From Marsupella aquatica (taxonomy: Eukaryota > Plantae > Marchantiophyta), in NCBI GenBank assembly GCA_973895155.1, contig OZ316898.1, positions 11,245,187 to 11,309,186 on the forward strand: a DNA stretch of 64,000 nt. Reading direction: 5' to 3'. Shown here piece by piece: positions 51,752 to 64,000 of the stretch. Made by a program: the position numbers and the translations under genes. Every line of letters starts with the position of its first letter. The stretch's first letter is position 1. The notes beneath the pieces were generated by a model that was not told where the DNA came from, searched no databases, and saw only the letters and a list, made by a program, of their open reading frames with translations.

Positions 51752-53743
51752 ATGGCAAGACATCCTCGTGAGACAGCTAATGAGAAGCGACGGACTTACT
51801 CTCTTAAGTTCAAGCTGGACGTGATTTGGGAATACAACCCCAACATCAAAGGGCAAGGCTTTGTGGCACTCAGCAAAAAATTTGGAGTGCCCCGGTCTGC
51901 TTTGAGAGGGTGGTATGAGAAGAGGGCAGAGTTGCAAGCCTCTCTTAAGGACGATAAGATCTTAACCCGGAAATCACGCCGGTTAAGGGGAGGTGGACGG
52001 AGACCATTGCTGCCCGGAATGGAGGAGGAGCTCCACACTTGGATCCTGGCACGAAATGAGAAGGGATTGAGGGTGAAGGACATGTACATTGCCAAGATGG
52101 CCTTGAAGATTGCAGAGAGGATGGCTGCCAGCACAACAAATGAGGAGCTTGCGACATTTAAAGCGTCAACAGGTTGGTTGGATAGGTTCAAGAAGCGACA
52201 CAACCTGGTGTCAATGAGACACACAACAGATCACAAGCTACCAGAGAATGTTGTTGATTTGTCATTCAAGAGTGCCAAGAATTGATTGACACTAACAAAA
52301 TTAAGCCCAAAAACACTATCAACATGTATCAGGTTCCGAGGTACTATGAGACTGAGCCAAAGTCAACTATTGCTACTAGAGGCATTCGGACGGTGATGAT
52401 GAGAAAGGTGGTACCAGCCATAAACGATTCACCATAGCTTTTTCCATCACAGGAGAAGGCAAGCATTTGAAACCACACATCCTCATCTCAAAGAGGAAGA
52501 ATAAACCTGAAGTCCCGTTGGGCGTGTTTGTCGATGTGAACCAGACAGGTATTTTTTTCAATATCTATTATCTTGCAAACTAAGCTTCTCTTTTGTAATT
52601 TTCATGACTTTTTTAGGGTTGCCAGTAAACAAACTCTATTCTAATTATTGACCGTGGGTTTTATACTATGCAGGTATGTGGAATGAACATATATGTTGGG
52701 AACACTTCAATGAAACAGTGATGAAGCGAGGTGAGACCCAATTCTACCGGGAGCCCACTCTATACATCATTGACGCATATGGTCCCCACTTGAAGTGGCC
52801 CAAGGCACATGCAAAGGTACTGGAGGACTACAATGTGTTTGTGCGGATTGTGCTAGCGAATTTGACCTCCCTCTTGCAGCCTCTTGATGTTGCAGTGAAC
52901 CGGAGCTATCAGGCAGATTATGCAACACAATATGACACTTACATTGCAGATGCCTTAATTGATCCAAATTTGCAGACAACTGCAGAAAACCCTAAAGTTT
53001 CGGCTGCCAAGATGGTGGCAGAATGGGCACTTTCATGGATTGGAAATTGTGAAAAACAGGACGTGGCAAATGCATTTAGGGTAAGGTGGAGAAGTTTTGA
53101 CATTATTTGTATGTACAAACATTTTATGTGACTGGAAACATTTGGCAAATATTTTCTAGTGAATCCTAATTAAGTTGATGCTTCTTGTGTTGTCAGGTTT
53201 GTGGCTTGGTGCCCAACTCACAATTTGCAGTGGAAAACCTACATCTGCCACTAAGAGCTTTGTATGCAGCAGAACTTGGACTTGGCTGAATGGAATGAAC
53301 TGTATGGGCATGTACTTCACGAGAGTGAAGAATTGCGTCCCACTCTTGTCATCGAGCCGCCTACATGGTTTTGTCCTGAAGAGGATTACTCTTTGTTCAA
53401 ATGTCTTCTTCGTTGCAAGGGTATACACGGAAGTGATGTGGACGAATACCTTGACACCTATGTCATGAAGCTGGTGGTGCACATGTCAATGTGTCCTGAT
53501 CTAGATGACATTTTTGATGATGACGCTGCAGCTGACATGGTAAGTGGAGAAATGGTGGCAGGTACCTTGGCAGTGTTTGCAGCTTCAAACTTGGAGGAGT
53601 GGGAGATTGAGCTCACGGAAGTGAACCTTGACAACAAGATCATCCAAAATTTTGTGTACAAGGTGGAGGATCCTGTCAAGCGAGTTCATTTAGCACGAAC
53701 AGGGAATTACTTTTGTGCTCAGCTGAATGAAGGATTGATGTAG
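51752..53743 (+). pseudogene. pogo-like transposase (HTH + CENP-B/Tc5 HTH + DDE_1 + C-terminal extra domain), 2 introns, frameshifted
   Basis: Motifs RRTYSLKFKLDVI, EEELHTWI...FKASTGWLDRFKKRHNL, INMYQVPRY (first Asp of NMDQ apparently mutated to Tyr), KRFTIAFSITGEG and LYIIDAYGPH...LTSLLQPLDVAVN (37 residues between D2 and D3). Introns 52549-52673 and 53081-53196; frameshifts near 52260, 52390 and 53270. Confidence 0.88.
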
Positions 53744-56212
53744 GGCATGCACATCATCCTTGTTGGGTGACAACCTTCTTGGGCATGTGTTCCTTGTGTC
53801 ACTATGAGAGTTATGAGATCGATATTGGACTGGTTCTTCAATGAGAGTAAAACTTTGTAACTCTCATAGGTACACAAGGTGAACTTGTCCAAGCATTTTG
53901 ACTTCATTTTGTGTGTTCATGATGCTTCTATACAAAAATGTTTCTCTTTTGAGGCAATTGAACACTTGTGTTTATGTTTTAAATTATGTTGTTCACAATA
54001 GTGACCTTTTGGGACTACAAATATGTCATAATTAAATATGTTTTACATAATTATATGTTTACCAAGTGATAATGTTGATTTGGTAAATTTTTTGCATGGT
54101 TTGTAAGGTCTTATTTTGTGCTACAAATAAATTTGTTCTAGACTACCCATGACTTGTTGCATTTCAGTGTTTAAAGTAGCTACATTTTCCCAATTTAACA
54201 CTTATCTCTAACACATTGGTTGTATCCTATAATTCCAGCTTATACCCCAAATTCATATAATGCCTAAATTCAAACACAACGCCACAATTCGAACACAACG
54301 CCACAATTCGAACACAACGCCACACGCTAAAAAATCATAACTAGAGTCTCAAAACTCGAACACAACGCCCTGGGCTCACTATTCGAATATAGCGCCCCTT
54401 GGCCCACTATTCGAATATAGCGCCCGGGCGCTGTGTTCGGGGGAAGACGGTAGTTTGTAGTTTATGTGAGACAACATGTGTTATTCATAGTTTGATAGAA
54501 GTGAATCTAAAAGATCTTGTAGTACACCAAATTGCAACTTTCTTACTTAATCGACCAAAAGATGCATATTTTTGCCCATTGGACCTTTGGGCCACCAAAG
54601 ATACCATTTCATGTTAGATGTTCTTCTAATGCAATGTGCACTCCTTACAACTTGAGAATGTCATTGTAAAATGCAACATTGTATACATTGACAACAACGC
54701 ATACACGGACTGTGATGTCAAATAAACCATTTGCCATGAGATTGCAACATGACACAAAGCATCATTGTTAACACTTGTAACACTGACAACAATGTCTACA
54801 TAGAACACTATGTCAAATGAACCAAGCATTGTGCAATCACAACACAATATGGAGCACTGCAGTTAGATTTGTACGTGTATGGACATCAATGTATACAAAA
54901 AGTATTATACATAGTTAGAGAACTTATGGTTTAGGGTAAACTGGAGCTTAGGCACGTAAAATCAGAATTGATATATGTATATCTTGAGCCGAATATAGTA
55001 TTGACAATGATTTGGTGTACGACCCACCAGATCATTGACATGACATAGAACTTTTGCACGTTTCGGTCATTTAACACAATGTTTTTTTGATGCACATGCT
55101 TTGCAATGTCAACTCGCACCTCAAGGTTGTGAGTGGTTCCACTCCCCTAAAGTGTTAGTACAGTTTTTCTAGAGGGAGCATGTTAGGCATGGAGGACAAT
55201 GAGTTGATGCATTTATGGACAATGCGACAATGCAATTTGTATACACTGAGACAATGTCTTCATAAGCAAGCTACGAGGTTGGGGGAGCTAAGGTGCTTGC
55301 AAGCTCCAGTGCGGTTGTCAACTATTTCCACTGTATCTTGAATACTACAGCCAAAATGTATTCTAGAAAGCTGCAAGGCGGGTGCTCAAAGGTGCAGGCG
55401 TGCTGTGATGCCACTACAAGCTCCTTTATTTATATTTTGAATAAAATAGCCATATTGTATTCAACCAGACTAGGAAGCCCCATGCTTCATTGGTGTCAAG
55501 GTCAGGGTACGGGCATTTGCGTGATCCATGCACTGCATAATTATCGTAGAGGTTATTACATAGGCCCAACCATGGGATCCTATGGCTACTCAGTGAGCCT
55601 CATCTCTGTGATGAACCTTTCACAAGAACATTGTTGTACAGAGTACTAGGCCCAGAGGTTCACTCGGAGTGAATCTGAAAGTTAGCTCCACCTGATAAGT
55701 TAGCTCCACCTGATAACAATATGCAATTTTTGGTAGGTTAAATGAGAAGGTTAGATTTGGAGGTCCTTAAGTAGATCTCTCTTTGAAACCCACATTGTTA
55801 GTGTTCATTGAGAATGAAAACAACTACTTTATTGTGCACAGGCAAAGGTTATTACCTACACGAGGTTGCCAATTAGGAAAGAAAAAACTTATCCCGTTGT
55901 TCACTTTGGAGAGACAATGAGTTATACCCCCCATTAGTGATCATTACTCTTGCCAATCCAAGGCGTAATCATAAATATTATACTTTCTTTATGAAGCACC
56001 AAACTAATACATGTGTGGCACGTTTGACCCCCGTGCAGGTCCCGGTAAAAGGGGAAAGAATCCATGACTGCTAAAAACACTGCAGCCATTGTTCACTCCA
56101 ATGCTCTCATTACTTGATTACCAATTACTACAGGTTGCATTAAAGAAAGAAAGAAGAGTAATGACATGTGGACAAAACAACTAACTCCTCCCTCACAGAA
56201 ACTAACAACTAC

Positions 56213-56460
56213 AGTACTTTTACACACGCACAAATTCCATCCAAATTCCTTCCTTCATGAAGAGTCCGAATTCCGAAACTCCCGATTCCAACCTACAGTC
56301 CAAGTGTCCAAGCGAATTCTGAAATAATATAATACAAGTACTTTTACACACGCACAAATTCCATCCAAATTCCTTCCTTCATGAAGAGTCCGAATTCCGA
56401 AACTCCCGATTCCAACCTACAGTCCAAGTGTCCAAGCGAATTCTGAAATAATATAATACA
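56213..56460. repeat. Perfect tandem duplication, 124 bp x 2, upstream of NDR kinase
   Basis: Units start at 56213 and 56337 (AGTACTTTTACACACGCACAAATTCC...AATATAATACA). Confidence 0.92.
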
Positions 56461-57205
56461 AAATCAAATTAAAATATACTTAAAATATTACAGTATAATG
56501 AAACTATTGCTATTATAACTTGTGCGGACTGCGGAGACCTAACAAGACGCCCTTCTCCAGTCGTCGTTGTAGTAGGCCAGAGACAGTCAGACAGAGAACA
56601 GGGTCCCACCGGGGTTCGATCGTGCCACCGATTGCTGCAGAAGTACTGTACTTCTCTACTGCTCGCTCTCACTGCCCTCCTTCCCCAGTCCCTACCTCTC
56701 TGGAGTCCCGGGCCAGGCCGCAGCCCCTGCAAAGCCCTACCCTACCCTACCCTATTCTACCCTACCCACCCCTTTCCCATCCTTTCCCTTCGCCTCCCCC
56801 GCCCCCGCCCCTATCCTGTGTCCCTGCCCTTCTCTGGACTGACCACCGGGCCTGCGCGAGCACATGGAGCAAGACGGCTGCCGCTGCCTCGCGCCCTGAG
56901 TGAGTGTCTCTGTAGCTCTGTTGTTGTTGTTGAGACGTCCACCTTCTTCTCTCCTTCCCTCCCTTTCGCTGCGCTTTGGTTTTGGGCTTTCGTCTCAGGC
57001 ATGAATGTTGTTCGCTCCACCGTCTGTCTTCTCGGCTTCCCTGTGCAGCTTCGGCTCGGCTCCCAGGCTTGTTGTTGCTCTGCTCCACCTTCTTCTCTCC
57101 TTCCTTTCCTTTCGATTCCTTTCCTTTCGTGTGCAGCTTTGATTGCATCCTAAGTGAGTTCCTTCGTCTTCGCCGCTCGCTGCTGGTCGCCTGTGTATCG
57201 AGGCG

Positions 57206-57231
57206 CGTGTGTGTGTGTGTGAGTGTGTGTG
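57206..57231. repeat. (GT)n microsatellite in the presumed NDR kinase 5' leader
   Basis: GTGTGTGTGTGTGTGAGTGTGTGTGT. Confidence 0.85.
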
Positions 57232-57917
57232 TAAGTGGATCCATCTGGCCGAGGGAGGGAAGGAGGGCCGTGTTGTGTATGGGCGGAAGGTATGTCTGGT
57301 CCATGCCTGTGATTCGGTGTGCGTGGGTATGTGAGTGGATCCATCTGGCGGTGTCCGAGTTATTGCTGCGTTGAGTGCAAAGCTCGGCCGTGTGGTGGAG
57401 TGCGGGTGTATGGTGCTGCGGCTGTCCGACGGAGAGGTGTTCTCGTCTGTTGAGTGGTAGTGGTAGTGTAGGTCGTGCGATGATGGCGCGCCTCCGTTTA
57501 CTTTCGCTGGTACCTCGGGGGCTGCTCTTCATGTCGGTGTTGTTCCCTTGACCTTGCAGAGAGAGGAGGCGAAGGAAGGGAGACAGGAGCGAGCGAGCGA
57601 ACTATCGAAAGGATCGATCGGGCGATTGTTAGAGCCGTTCCGATGTGGTTCGAGACCCGCGGCTTTGTTTCGTTTCGATCGATCGGGTTCTTTGATTCAT
57701 TCGTTGTGGCTATGTTGGTTGGTTGATCGAGTCACTTTGCGGCAAGCTTGTAGCACGCGCGGACAGGCTTCCCGTGTATCTGCCACCTTTCACCGTGGGC
57801 AGGGGTAGTTTTTATCTCGTCGGTGGTAGAAAGTGCTTGTTGCTGTCGCGTCGGGCGGGGAAGACGTGAAAGAGGGGAGGGGAGGGGAAGGGACGGGAGA
57901 GGATCGTAGAGCGAGAG

Positions 57918-63932
<6,015 letters not shown>

Positions 63933-64000
63933 GTGAGGTCTAGTATGGAACGTGTTGTATTGTTCTTATCTACTAGATTATAAGGCAATGGGAGGTCTTT

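Larger units (their letters stand above)
48098..54450. mobile_element. pogo/Tc1-mariner-superfamily DNA transposon carrying captured host-gene fragments (Pack-type)
   Basis: Perfect 32-bp TIRs CCGTCTTCCCCCGAACACAGCGCCCGGGCGCT (48098-48129 and 54419-54450) with TA on both sides (48096-97, 54451-52). Subterminal GAACACAACGCC repeats at both ends. Internal CENP-B/DDE_1 transposase. The flanks join into the uninterrupted paralogous repeat at ~13533-13946. Confidence 0.92.

Noticed and set aside
56469-57808. Overlapping ORFs up to 256 aa
   Set aside because: They arise from the microsatellite-rich NDR kinase leader and are not protein-like.

Overview
Intron-containing land-plant nuclear DNA. It looks bryophyte-like, possibly liverwort, but that is inference only. 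There are five host genes: a class II (CIN-like) TCP transcription factor (+, 4221-7496); a 6-exon copper amine oxidase (-, 23358-27569) with an in-frame TAG at the start of exon 3 that could be skipped by an alternative in-frame splice acceptor; metaxin (+, 36263-39331); SEM1/DSS1 (-, 42031-42300); and an NDR/AGC kinase (+, 57918 to beyond the window end, with one GC-AG intron). Two DNA transposons have intact ends. One is a PIF/Harbinger element (31625-35756, TAA TSD) with an open Myb/SANT-like ORF and a broken DDE transposase. The other is a 6.35-kb pogo/Tc1-mariner element (48098-54450, TA TSD, 32-bp perfect TIRs), which is the most unusual object in the window. It carries its own decayed transposase, ending in an apparent pseudo-OTU domain. 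On the opposite strand it carries captured pieces of three unrelated host genes: mitochondrial ribosomal protein uL29m/L47 exon 1, a BRCT/coiled-coil gene, and HPPD. These are co-oriented and could splice into a chimera. An 'empty-site' paralog at about 13.5-13.9 kb supports the insertion boundaries. The rest is dispersed AT-rich repeats, retroelement-like 3' fragments, a second pogo remnant and local tandem duplications. All calls come from reading the sequence by eye; no searches were run.
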